DNA from: Selaginella moellendorffii
Lineage: Eukaryota; Plantae; Lycopodiophyta
Direction of reading: 5' to 3'
DNA: 64,000 nt
NCBI RefSeq assembly: GCF_000143415.4
Contig: NW_003314345.1
Coordinates: forward strand, 638,574-702,573
The position numbers and the translations under genes were made by a program. Positions 1 through 11,693 of the stretch are shown piece by piece. The notes under the pieces are model-generated. The model was given only the letters and a program-made list of their open reading frames with translations. It was not told the origin of the DNA and did no database searches. Position 1 is the stretch's first letter; every line of letters starts with the position of its first letter.

Positions 1-3000
1 AATCCTGCTCTAGGTTGTTGAGCTTGGTCTTCATAGTGATAAGCTCATCCCCCATGACCAGAAAAATTATATTATGTATCAAGAACTCGATGATCTACAC
101 CAAAGCGTGCAATACATCAGTAATTTTCCTAGTCAAGCATTGCAATGTGCTAGTTTTGGTAGTTGATGTGCTCTATATTGGTGGATGTGAAAGCTAGGAT
201 TGCACTCTTGAGTTTTTAGATTATGTGGCTCTGATAATTCTACTCGCCCATGACTCCATCCACTTTCTTGGTTATTGTCTTAAAGTAGCTCAAGACCTAT
301 ACATGATATTTTGTTGTTTCTTTGTTTTCTATCGGCTGCATTGGCTCATCGACTAACTGCTTGCCTCCTCCCTTAATGTGTTGAGTGAGCTCCTCCATAA
401 AGCTTCAGATTGCTAACTTGCTTAACTGACTCACAGTCTTGTGAGCAAAGGTGCAATTAGCCTTGATTTTGTAGTGCTATTGCGACGCCTGCTGCTACTA
501 TGGCTGGCTAGACTAATCGGACGAGGGTGTGTAATTGTTGGATGCAAAAGTTCACTAGAGAAGACTTAGCCCACACTCCTTTAGTTCACCTAGATCCTCT
601 TTTGTATCTTCATCCTCTTCATCCTATTGAGTTTCTTGGCTGTGAACTTCTTGGCCTAAACTCACTTCATTAGTTATATTTACAACCAATGGTTTTATGG
701 CATTTTTAGGCATATTATATGTCAAAATTTATGGCCTAAGTTGTGAAATTTCTTTCACAACTTTGACCTCCATTGTTAACCTAGTGTTGTCTGTTTGTGT
801 ACTCATCACTTCCTCAATGCTCAAAGAGATTTATATCAACATTAGGGTTGTCTCTGTAAATGTAGACAAGTCACAACTTTGCTCCTAATTGGGGCATGGC
901 ATTTTATCACCATACTTGCTGAGTCCAACTTTTTTGCGGCATACTTGGCCACTAGATTTCTGTGGAACAAACCCTAGAGGTCTTGCAACTTGGATTTTTA
1001 GGTTTAGGAGGAGTTTCTTTTTGAAGGGAGAACTTTCCTCACTTGAATTCGTATCATCGAGATTTTTCTCCACATCCACATCCCTTGCTATTTCCCTCAT
1101 AAGATATATTGGAGGTGGTGGCTTAATAGCAAGGTGAGGTGTGGGATTCTCTTGAGTAGTGTAATGCTCGTAGATGTGCCGCAAAAAGATAAATGTCTTC
1201 CCTTACCTACCTATAAGGCAACATTCTTTATTTCGGCCATAAATCTATTGTAGGAGAAATGAGCTATGTTTATTTGTTGTCTAGTCTTGATAGCTTCCAA
1301 TGGGCCAACTATCTTAATGTTGGCATTTTGCACAACTGTCCTCCCGTTGATGATGATACACAACACCTTAAGCCTAGCATGATTATCGGGCTTCAAGTAG
1401 GTGAAATTGCCTCCTTGTCTAGATGTGTAGTTAAGGAGGATGTATTGATCAAACATGCAATCCTTCTTGCTCATCATGATTATTTTGCCCTCATTGTCTA
1501 CGCAAAAAATCTGAGTAAATTGGGTGAGTCCAAAGGGATGGATTTGCCTGTGGAAGAGAAATGCATGCTCCGTTAGGTACCACTTTTGCATAAGCTCGAT
1601 CTCTTGTTTAATCAATATTTCTCTTTCGAGTAGCTCCATATAGGCGAGTAACCCAAAAGTATTAAGCCAAAACTTGTCCTAGGGAGAAAACACAAGCTCT
1701 CTAAACAATTTTACTTGGCCATAATCAAGCTTTTTGCTGTTAGACGAGATTTCCTCCATATGCTTGTTTTGTTTAGGCATTTTTGCCGCCCATACAGATT
1801 TGTAGACAAAACACTCAATGTTAGGTGACCGGGAGATGTAGTGTGGTGCCAATAGAGGTGCTCAAGTGAAATCTTTCGTCAACAGTGTGTCAAGAGTGGA
1901 GTTGATAGCTTGTGGCAATGGCGTGAGGACAAAATCACTCTGTCTAATCAAGGGTGCACTCCATCCAGTAGGCAGCGGCAATGGCGTTTGCTGTTGCGCA
2001 GCCCTAAGCGGCATTTGAGTTGCCTTATATTGCTTCAGAGCTAAGTTTGGATTGTTAGTGCATCTCGCTAGAGGCATAGGCGTGGAGTGAGTGAAAGGGA
2101 AAGAACAAGAGAGAAAAAAAAGCTCCCTACCAAAGCAAACAAAGGCAAGAAAACAAAACTTAGGACTAATGCATTAAAGTAAAGTGACATAGGTAATTTA
2201 GAGGTACATATGCAAATGTATTATGGAATTTTTTTTTCCTTGTTAGCCTAGTAATCTTTGCTTATTAATCTTTGTGATTTGTTAGTAGAGTTTATAGAAT
2301 GGGGCAAGAAATATATAGACATTACTCTTAGAGTATATGCCCCTTCTTTTCTCTTTCTCTAAATTTTGCACTGCCTAGAGAAAATTTTTATAGGCCATAC
2401 TAGCAAGATTTTAAGGGAATGTTTGCTCCAGAAAAAGGAATATTTGTCCAATGTATCCCTTGATTTCTTTCTTTGAAACTTCCCCATCAAAGAAAGCACT
2501 TAGATATATAAAGGTTTCTCTAATATAAAAATCTTTCCCAGTGGACATATGTTTTCTTTCTGTTTTAGATAAACAAATCCTAGACTAAGGTTATCAAGAA
2601 AGACTACTCCTTCTATCCAATTCCATTTATTTAGCTCTATGGGGAGATAGAAAAGCTTGGAAATAAGATCTTGAGTGATTTTAATATCCCCTCCATCCGT
2701 TTTGAAAATCAGTTTTACAGGATCCTATAATTAAAAAATTAGTTTGCCTTCCTATGGTCTTACAAAGTTTGATATAGCTTTGTAAAAGTTTTTTAGACCC
2801 TTATCTTTCATCCAGTTGGCCATCCTATCTATGCACTGAGGTAACTCATCATGATGAATCCTTACGAGGGCTTCAACCATAAGCTTATCCATAGTTTTAT
2901 ACCCTAAGATAGAGATAATATTTATGCTTATATTTTCATGATACTTCCTTAAATGGTTTAAATTTACTATTGCAATATTATCCCTGTTTAATGTGTGCAT

Positions 3001-3879
3001 GTAAGTAACTAATTTTTCCATTCTACTTTAGCCACTTAACCACACCTTTGACCACTTGGAGGAGTCTCACTCACGAACTCTATAAGTCTTATTTCTGACT
3101 TGGGGACATGCTAGCCCCGTGAATGGCATCTATGCCACTCAGCACTTGGTCTAAGTGCTCCATGTGTCCGATCCCATGATCGACATTCAAAGGTACAACC
3201 GACATATTATCACATTATGCTAAAGCTATACCCATTCACCATTGTCAAATCGGTAGTCCAAGGCCACTTGCATCACAATTTCGTCTCTCAAAGACTATGC
3301 CATCCATTCATGAATGCTCATCTCTTGACCACAACTTAGCACCCTTAAGATGCCCAGAGGCATGGGGAACACCCTTCCCCAATGTCCCTTTTTCCATCCC
3401 CACCAAGTCCCTCTTCATCTATTGCTATGCTCGCCAACACTGCCACTGGGTCAAGGCTCAAAGACCCGACCACTAAGTCCCACTATCCTCTAGGACTTCC
3501 TCACCATGTGACTATATCCTAGTCACTACACCAAAGGATTATTCTTCTTCCTTTCCATAGTTTGGGACTTTAAGACGACATTTCAAAACACTATATCCCT
3601 ATGTGAGCCTCATGGGTACTCTCCCCACCTTCCACCCTTAGGTACCCTAGCCATGTGGTTAAGTTTTGATGAGCCATACCAAGTATCAAAGTAGGTAATG
3701 CCACCCACACTTGGAACATTGACCATTCAATCTCTCGGGGGAGCTAGAGCCAACTCTTGAACACCTCACCAAATTACCCCACTTATCCACCTATGTTCAC
3801 TTTAGCTTTGGACTCCTCAATAGTTATATCATCACCTATCACATGGATATAGCTTTCCTTGGTCACACTAGCCTTTCCT

Positions 3880-4300
3880 AGCCAAACTGGCTATTGGAGT
3901 CCTCCTCCTACTATACTTTTGGAGCTCACCAAACCCTTTAGGGTTTGGGAGATGAACGCTTTGGGCTTTTTAGACTCAAACTCGGACTTAGATTTGGTCT
4001 CGATCTCGATCTCGGTCTTAGTCTCGGTCTCTTTTTCATCCTCGACCTTGGACTCCATCTCGGGCTCCATCTTGGGTCCATCTTGGACTCCATCTCAGGT
4101 CCATCTTGGACTCTATCTCGGATCCATCTCAGATCTATATCAAATTCCATCTTGGACTCCATCTCGGACTCCATCTCGGGTCCATCTCAGATCCATATCG
4201 GACTCCATCTCGGACTCCATCTCAAACTCCATCTTAGGTCCATCTCAAGTCCATATTGGACTCTTTCTCAGATTTCTTTTTGGACTTGTTCTTGACACTT
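3880..4300 (-). repeat. Diverged LTR-B-related fragment with 12-bp tandem array (GACTCCATCTCG)n
   Basis: Array at ~3990-4260 is the reverse complement of the (GAGATCGAGTCC)n-type array in LTR-B. It is preceded by a reverse-complement remnant of the LTR core (cctactatacttttgg...gctttgggcttt). Confidence 0.65.
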
Positions 4301-5022
4301 CCATGTGTCACGGCACTTGCTATATGTCTTCTTGTGTCCCTTTTTAGAGACTCATTCACCATTTGCTTTGTGTTCATTCCTCGAGCACGTTGTTTGGAGT
4401 TTTGTTTTTTCTCTCACCACTCTGTAAAGAACCACCTCCCCGAGGTGTCATAGGCTAAAGGATCCCCGAAAGCATGACCAAAATGACAGAGAGTTCATCG
4501 GATGAGACCGAGTCTGAGATCAAGTCCAAGACCGACTCTGAGACCGAGTTCGAGATAGAGTCCGGGATCGAATCCGAGGCCAACTCGGAGACTGAGTTCG
4601 AGACCAAGTTTGAGATAGAGTCTCGGATCGAGTCCGAGGCCGACTCGGAGACCGAGTTCGAGACCGAGTTTGAGACAGAGTCCGAGATCCGAGATCGGGT
4701 CCGAGATCGAGTCCAAGGTCGAGTCTGAGATTGGGTCCGAGATCGGGTCAGAGATCGAGTCCGAGACCGAGTCCGAAGTCGGGTCTGAGATCAAGTCCGA
4801 GATCGAGTCCGAGACTGAGTCCGAGTACTAATACAGGTCAAGGGGTGAAAGCCCAAAGCGTGTGTCTCCCAGGGGGGGGGGGGGGGCGGCTGCAGGGGGT
4901 TCCAAAAGTATAGTAGGGATAGTGAGGTCCAGGAACCAGTCTCGAAGGAACTCCCTAGTGGTGCTTCCAAACTGACTTGAGGTTGAGATTGGGGCCAAGG
5001 GGCCTTGGGTGGGAGTGAGCAT

Positions 5023-7605
5023 TTCAATGATAACCTACGAAAGGGGAACACGACGGGGTCGGGGTTCACATTTAGCAAAGGGGCCAAACCAAGGGGAATA
5101 TATAGCAAAGATGCTTTATTTCGTTAAAGTGGGACTTATTCAGTAAAGTGGGACATTAATTAGCATGTGTCCACATGCCTTTTCCTAGTACTTAATTAAT
5201 ATTTATTAATGTTTCTATCAGTTTTTTAATTTATTTTTTTATATTTCACAATATTATAACACAAAATCATATGAAAAGTTTTTAATTTATAAATTATAAA
5301 GTTAAAACTTCAATTTTTTATTATTGTTATAAAAATGGCATGTGGCCACACACCATAAGTGGGATAATGAAAAGTCCCACTTTAACGAAATAAAGCATAA
5401 AGGGAAATTCAAGAAGAGTTTCTCTAAGAATGAGTCCTCGACGTTCCAGAAAGGCAAATCCGGTGGCCTGCGAGCGAATATGTGGGGGAGTCAAGAAAAA
5501 AGAGACAAACCCACAGATAAGAATGGCAAGTCGGCTAACAGCGTGGGAAACAACGTATGCTACAACTGCGGTGAAGCGGGACACTTCTCGAGGGAATGTC
5601 CCTACCTGAAGAAGGCTAGAGCCAATATGGCCATTAAGTCGGGTGAAATCCAAATTGAGGTACGTGATCCAGTCCCTAACTCAAAGTTACTCATTACACA
5701 AGCAACTTTGGTAGAGAGTCATTCGCGACATCTACTAGCCCTCTGAGGGAAGCTTGGAGGTAGCTTTGTTAAGATCTTTATTGACACAGGTGCTTCGGAT
5801 AATTTTGTGGCTGCAGACATAGTCCGGCAAGCCGGACTAATGGTGCAGCGGCTGGGCGAACCAAGGACTATAGAGTTTGTTCAAGGTAGCCAAAGCACCG
5901 ATGAGGTACTTCGACAAGCGAGAGTCGAAGTAAGGACATGGAAAGTAGACATGGATTTCACCGTGTTGGATATGGCGGGATTTGACGTAATCTTCGCGAT
6001 GGATTGGTTCAATCGGTTTGTGGTAGCCCTGCATGGACAAGGTAAGAACCTTGTGGTACTAACAAATGCCCAAGGAAGAAGATCCAAGGTGGAGGCCCAA
6101 GATCTAAAGGTAGGGCAATGCAAGGCCAAAGATTCTTGCCTAAACCTAGTGTCCACAAGAGGACAATTCACTAAAGGAACCAAGGCAACCTTTTTTGTGT
6201 TTACTCTTGGTGAAGAGTGACAAAAAGACGGGAATGGAAGAAATACCTTTAGTGAACCAGTGGGTGTTAGACCAATTCCAGGATACCATGTCGGAGGAGC
6301 TACCGGCGGGGTTACCCCCCGCACGACCGATAGAACATAAGATTGAGCTAGTCGAGGGTGCTGAGGCGGTGGTTCGTCCACCCTATCGTTTGAATGAAAA
6401 GGAACTCGAGGAGCTCAAGCACCAACTAAAGGAGTTGGTAGACAAGGGTATGTTAAGTTGAGAAGTCGCTATATTGGGCGCCGGTGTTATTTGTGAAAAA
6501 GAAAGATGGATCTATGTGCATGTGCATAGACTACCGGTTGCTCAACAAGTATACAAAGAAGAACAAGTACCCTTTGTCAAGGATTGAGGACCTGTTCGAT
6601 GGGTTGGGAAAGGCAAAATACTTCTCGAGGACTGACTTGAGGTTAGGATACTACCAAATCAGGGTAGCAGAAAGGAAGATGTCGGGAAGACAACCTATCA
6701 AACCAGGTATGGGAGCTTTGAGTTTTTGGTGATGCCCTAACATTTCTTGACAAATGAACAAACGAAAAGGGTGAATAGGCAGTTGGAGGATTATTTGCGA
6801 TGCTATGTTTTGGGAGACCAAACTGATTGGGTAAGTCATTTGGGACTTGCAGAAATGTGCTATAACAACTCACCACACTCGAGTATTGGGGTGAGTCCAT
6901 GGGAAGTCATCAATGGGCGAGCTATTGAAGGTCCTATGGAACTCTGCGTGGCCGAGTATGATGGAGAGTTACCCGTAGTGGAGGCATTCACAGCGGAAAG
7001 ACTCAACATTTGGAATCTAGGGAGGGATTCCTCGGAACGGGCTCAACAAAGGCAAACCAAATACGTGAACCAGAAGCGCCGGGATGTAGAGTTCCAAGCT
7101 GGGGAGAAGGTGTGGTTGAACACCAAAAACCTTAGGCTACCAAGTGGGATCAGCCGAAAGTTGACCCAGAGGTAAAAATGCATGTATTCCTATAAATGAA
7201 TTGATCTTGAGTTTCTTAAGCAGGTTCGCGGGGCCTTACGAAATTGAGGCACGAATCGGTAAAGTGGCTTACCGTTTTCGACTTCCTCGAGAGATGGGGA
7301 AGATGCACCCAGTGTTCCAAGTGAACTTACTTAAGCCGTACTTTGAGGATCCGCTTTGCAAGGACCAAGTAAGACCTTTACCTAAGGTTATCCAAGGGGA
7401 AGAAGAATACGAAGTCGAGGTCATCCTCAATGTGTGCAAGAGCAAGCGACAAGGACGCGAGGTGAGAGAGTTCCATGTGAAGTGGAAAGGATTTCCACAC
7501 TGCGAAGCAACATGGGAAGCGGAGGAGAACCTAGTGAACGTGCAAGATCTAGTGGAGGAATTTCTGCAAAGTAGAACTCTATATACTTATGCAAAGTTCA
7601 ATTAA
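5023..7605 (+). pseudogene. gag-pol remnant: CCHC knuckle, aspartic protease, partial RT joined by deletion to integrase C-terminus, chromodomain
   Basis: CYNCGEAGHFSREC; IDTGAS; [10 protein letters not shown]; LEDYLRCY...GPYEI; EEEYEVEVIL...VKWKGFPHCEATWEAEENL. Contains stops and frameshifts. Confidence 0.9.
5111..5398. mobile_element. 288-bp non-autonomous MITE of the Sola-type family
   Basis: TIRs ATGCTTTATTTCGTTAAAGTGGGAC.../...GTCCCACTTTAACGAAATAAAGCAT; 4-bp TSD AAAG (5107-5110, 5399-5402). The empty site is visible in the gag paralog near 25507 (tatagcagagggaaattc). Confidence 0.92.
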
Positions 7606-9849
7606 AGTATCAAATTGTGAAGTTGAGCAATGGCATATGTTGGGACCTGAAGGCACGCCAAAGGTAAGCTAATTAGTATGGGTTAGCTAGGTCGACCAAG
7701 CATAGGGAACTACGCCTGACTCCCCACGGGGATGTCGAATCCGTAAACGTATTTTACAGAGGTTGGGTTCGAGTCCCAACCCTCTAGTAAAGCAAGGCTG
7801 GGTTTAAGTCCTGACCCCATACTAGGGCGTGGTGAGGTGAGGGGTATAGGGACACCTATATTCCGTTGTCATGGGCTCTTGGCCGGGGAGGCTAACTTAG
7901 GCACACCGCTAAGTGGGGCGATGCCCCCGGAGACATGGGCAACAAGTCGTAGGATCAAAAAAAGACATTCAATATGGGCATCAAACTTCTTCTATGGGTG
8001 GTGGAGTTGTAAAGAACCAACTCCCCGAGGTGTTGTAGGCTAAAGGATCCCCGAAAGCAAGACTGACTCTGAGACCGAGTTCTAGACAGAGTCCGGGATT
8101 GAGTCCGAGGCCGACTCGGAGACCGAGTTCAAGACAGAGTCCGAGATCCGAGATCAGGTCCGAGACCTAGTCCGAGATTGGGTCCGAGATTGGGTCAGAG
8201 ATCGAGTCCGAGACCGAGTCCAAAGTCGGGTCCGAGATCGAGTCCGAGATCGAGTCCGAGACCGAGTCCGAGTACTAATACAGGTCAAGGGGTGAAAGCC
8301 CAAAGCGTGCGTCTCCCGGGGGGGGGGGGCTGTAGGGGGTTCCAAAAGTATAGTAGGGATAGTGAGGTCCAGGAACAAGTCTTGAAGGAACTCCCTAGTG
8401 GTGCTTCCAAACTAACTTGAGGTTGAGATTGGGGCCAAGGGGCCTTGGGTGGGAGTGAGCATGGACTCGGGTGGTGCTAGAGGGGCCACCCAAGGAAGTG
8501 CTCAAGAGCAGCTCCCACTCCCGGAAGGGAAACCAACTGCGGTGCTCCCGGCTCATGTGGAGTGGTGCCCTACTTGAGTACCTTGTGGCTCATTGGTCCT
8601 CGCCCTTCCTAGGGGCTTAGGCCTTCCCTTCGGGATGGAAGTGGGGGGTTATAGGTACCCATACCGGGCCGTTAGGCCACAGTGTTTTGCCCCGATGTCC
8701 CGAAGCAGGTGTTGCACCCAACGCTTGGGATTTAAAGGGTCTCATGATCAAGTGTTGTTGTACCAAGGGATGTTAGGAACCTAGAGGCTTGGTGTGCTTG
8801 GCTGCTTGTGCCTGCGAGGAGTGAAGCCAAACCTTAAGTCCAGTCTAACCCGGGGAGGGGGATTGGGAGAGATTTGGGAATCCGTGGATGGATGGCTAAT
8901 GCTCCGTTGTTTGTGCAGTGAGTAGCTAAAACCAAGTAGGACCAAGTAGGAGCTGGTACAATAGGCGAGAACCTTGGTGAGGGAACTTAGCTAAAAGCCA
9001 AAGTAGTGTTGGTCGGATAGATGAGGTAAGTTAGCAAATTGGAAAGGAAAAATTTATGATTTACACTTTCCAAGTTAAAACTTTTGGTCCAAACATGTTA
9101 TGTTTGTTAGACTTCCACTTCGACCACTATTATATGGCACCCTTTCAGCTCCAATTTGGGGCTTCAGGATATGTGTCTCACAATGCACTTTAGCCATTCT
9201 AGGGGTTCATATTTTAGATAAAATAAATAGACCATTTCATTTTCTCTTAAATTTATTTCTAAGAGCATTTATTTTGACTTGATACTAAAGGATTTTATTT
9301 TTTGGCTTAAGTTTGTAAAAGATTTTCAATTGTCTATTATGCCTAACCTTTCTGGCTTTTTGTCAATGGGGTTTTAATTTATCCTCTATAAACCATAGAG
9401 TCTGATTTCAACTTGCTCGAAACCGGGAAAGAGCTCTTCAAGATTTTTAGGGGGGGTGGGACGAGGGGGACAAAGTAGAACCAGTACTCAAGTCCATGAC
9501 GTCCGATCTCCAAGCTTCCGAAGTTCCTGGTGTTGAACTCTATTGACTCAGGGAGGTATACGTACCGTCGTTCCTGAACATGTGCTGCCAAATCCATATT
9601 GATGGTTTCCACATCCATTCTTTTTCTCCAGCCTCGCTTCTTCCTCTAAAAAACGGCCACAGCTCCTTCTCCTTCGCTATCTTCCCTTCCTCGCCTCATT
9701 TGATTAGCATGTCCAGGCGGGCCATGAGTGAGACAATCAATCTGGACCAAATCTTTGAGATAGTTGCTCAAGCTGAGGGGTCCATGTCATCGAACAGCCT
9801 AGCGCAGTGAGCCTTCCATATCTTTACTAGTGTGCATCCCCAAAGTGCA

Positions 9850-10415
9850 TCGAAGAGCTCTTGGTGGAGATGCTTAATGTGTGTCCAGGTTTGGTTGAGT
9901 TGATCAAAGTGTGGGGCCTCATTGTGTCTCCACTTCCATGCATCAGAATTCTTTGTTTTTCCCTGGATGAAGCTACCCTAGAGTGCTGATTCATATGTGA
10001 TTGCAACTCCTCCGGTTGACATTTGTTTGAGTACCGCTACTGCACCTTCCCATACTTCCTGTGCTACTGGACATTCCCATAAGATATGTCACTATGTTTC
10101 TGTGGTGCCACAGGTCTTGCAGGCTGTGTTCGAGAGATGTATGGCCGCCATAGAGGGAAGATGTTCTTGTTGGGCCAGCCACATGAAGTAGCGGTTCTTA
10201 GCTGACCAGTGCCCCTTCCAGATCTTGTTGATGCAGTGTGAGTGGTTCCTGGGGTGGATTTGTTGGGCCTTTACTTTCCGGATGAGGGAGGATCGAGTCG
10301 GCACCCTGATCAGTTGGTCTCGTACTGGTGCACATGGTTCCTCTCCAATGCCACTTTGCGGGATCCCACTTGAGTTCATCCAAGGTTTGTTGGCGGAACC
10401 AGTAGAGGCGAGCAT
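9850..10415 (-). pseudogene. LINE (L1-like) ORF2 C-terminal fragment with zf-RVT
   Basis: INKIWKGHWSAKNRYFMWLAQQEHLPS...CKTCGTTET*..HILWECPVAQEVW matches the zf-RVT pattern. Confidence 0.7.
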
Positions 10416-10429
10416 ATTGTTTTTCTAGG

Positions 10430-11693
10430 ACCAATACCTTTCTGGCTTTTTGAATTGCATATAGAGGTCTAGATTGCTCTAAGCTTAAGCTCATCTAAGT
10501 TTTCTATTTTAGTAAGTCTTTGCTTAAGAGCTTCTTTTTTGTCTAAGCTATTTTTTATTGCAATATGCAAAGAGGGAATTATAAATTTTATAGGCATTAA
10601 AATTTTTTGGCCATAGGCAAGATGAAATAGTGTCATGCCTGTGGATATTTTATATGCAATCTTATAAGCCCACAAAACATCTAAGATTTTCTCATCCTAG
10701 TCTTTTTTATTGTCATTTACAATCTTTTTCAAGATATTTTTAAGCATTTTGTTACTAGATTCAACCTGACCATTCCCTTGCGGGTAATATGGCATAGATT
10801 TTTTGTGCTTAAGGATAAATTTTTATATAGAATTTTTAATGTTCTATTAATGAAATGGGTACTTCTATCTATGACAATCTTATGCAAACCAAATTTTACA
10901 ATGATGTTTTCATAGAGAAATTTGGTAGTTTTAGCAGCTGAGACCTGTTTCATAGGTATAGATTCTACACATTTAGTCACATAATTAAAATGTATTTTTT
11001 CCTTTTACTACTTGTCATCATAGAACCCATAAAATCCAATCCCCATTTATGAAATACTTTATATGGATAGGTAAAATTTAGTTCATGGATTTTCTTTTTA
11101 GATGGTAGTTTATACTTTTGGCAAATATCACAATTTTTGCAGAAAATTGTTATATCTTTCTAAAGTGTAAGCCACCATAGCCCTGCTTGTAAAATTTTCT
11201 TAGTAGTGATTTTGTTTGAAAAATGGCCTCCTAATAGGCCTGAGTGAACTTCCCTTTAAGATTTCATTTCTTTCTTCTTACTTATTAACACATCTCCTTA
11301 GTCTATTGATATCTAATTTATATATGCGCTTCCCTCATGACAGAGTAAGGTCATGTCCTCGAGACAAATTTCTTTATCTCTAGTGAGTTATAATAAAATG
11401 TAATAATCCTATAGAAAGATAGATTTGTATAAATAAATGAGCATCTAGAAGTTCATTTACCTTAGTATTAGGTGACTCTTCTGTAGTGATGCAGCTTAAA
11501 CAATTAGCTTATTTATAGAATTTTCTAGATCTATATACTATTTAAAAATTATATTCTTGTAATAGTAAAAACTATCTAGTTAGTCGAACAGATATGTACG
11601 GCTTGTTGATTAGATATAAAAGAGCCTTATGGTCAACAAAGACAATTACTTTTATTACCAAAAGATAATATCTAAATTTTTGTAAAGCATAAA
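10430..11693 (-). pseudogene. 3' half (RNase H end and integrase) of an old non-chromovirus gypsy pol
   Basis: YALQKFRYYLL...VDHKAL; TKCVESIP...ENIIVKFG; WAYKIAYKISTGMTLFHLAYG. Very AT-rich decay. Confidence 0.8.

Larger units (their letters stand above)
4423..9065 (+). mobile_element. Internally deleted Ty3/gypsy chromovirus (family B): truncated 5' LTR 4423-~5022, 3' LTR 8008-9065
   Basis: Both LTRs start TGTAAAGAACC; the 3' LTR ends ...TTACA and is preceded by purine-rich gggtggtggagt. Gag, protease, RT, integrase and chromodomain remnants lie between. TSD imperfect (cactc/ctttc). Confidence 0.85.

Noticed and set aside
1-3050. Minus-strand ORF remnants (885-1184, 1211-1639, 2752-3021)
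   Set aside because: No recognisable motif; probably decayed retroelement accessory sequence, but this cannot be supported.
3859-5108. Ser/Arg/Glu-rich ORFs (also 8154-8420 and 40700-41085)
   Set aside because: They are translations of the 12-bp LTR tandem arrays.
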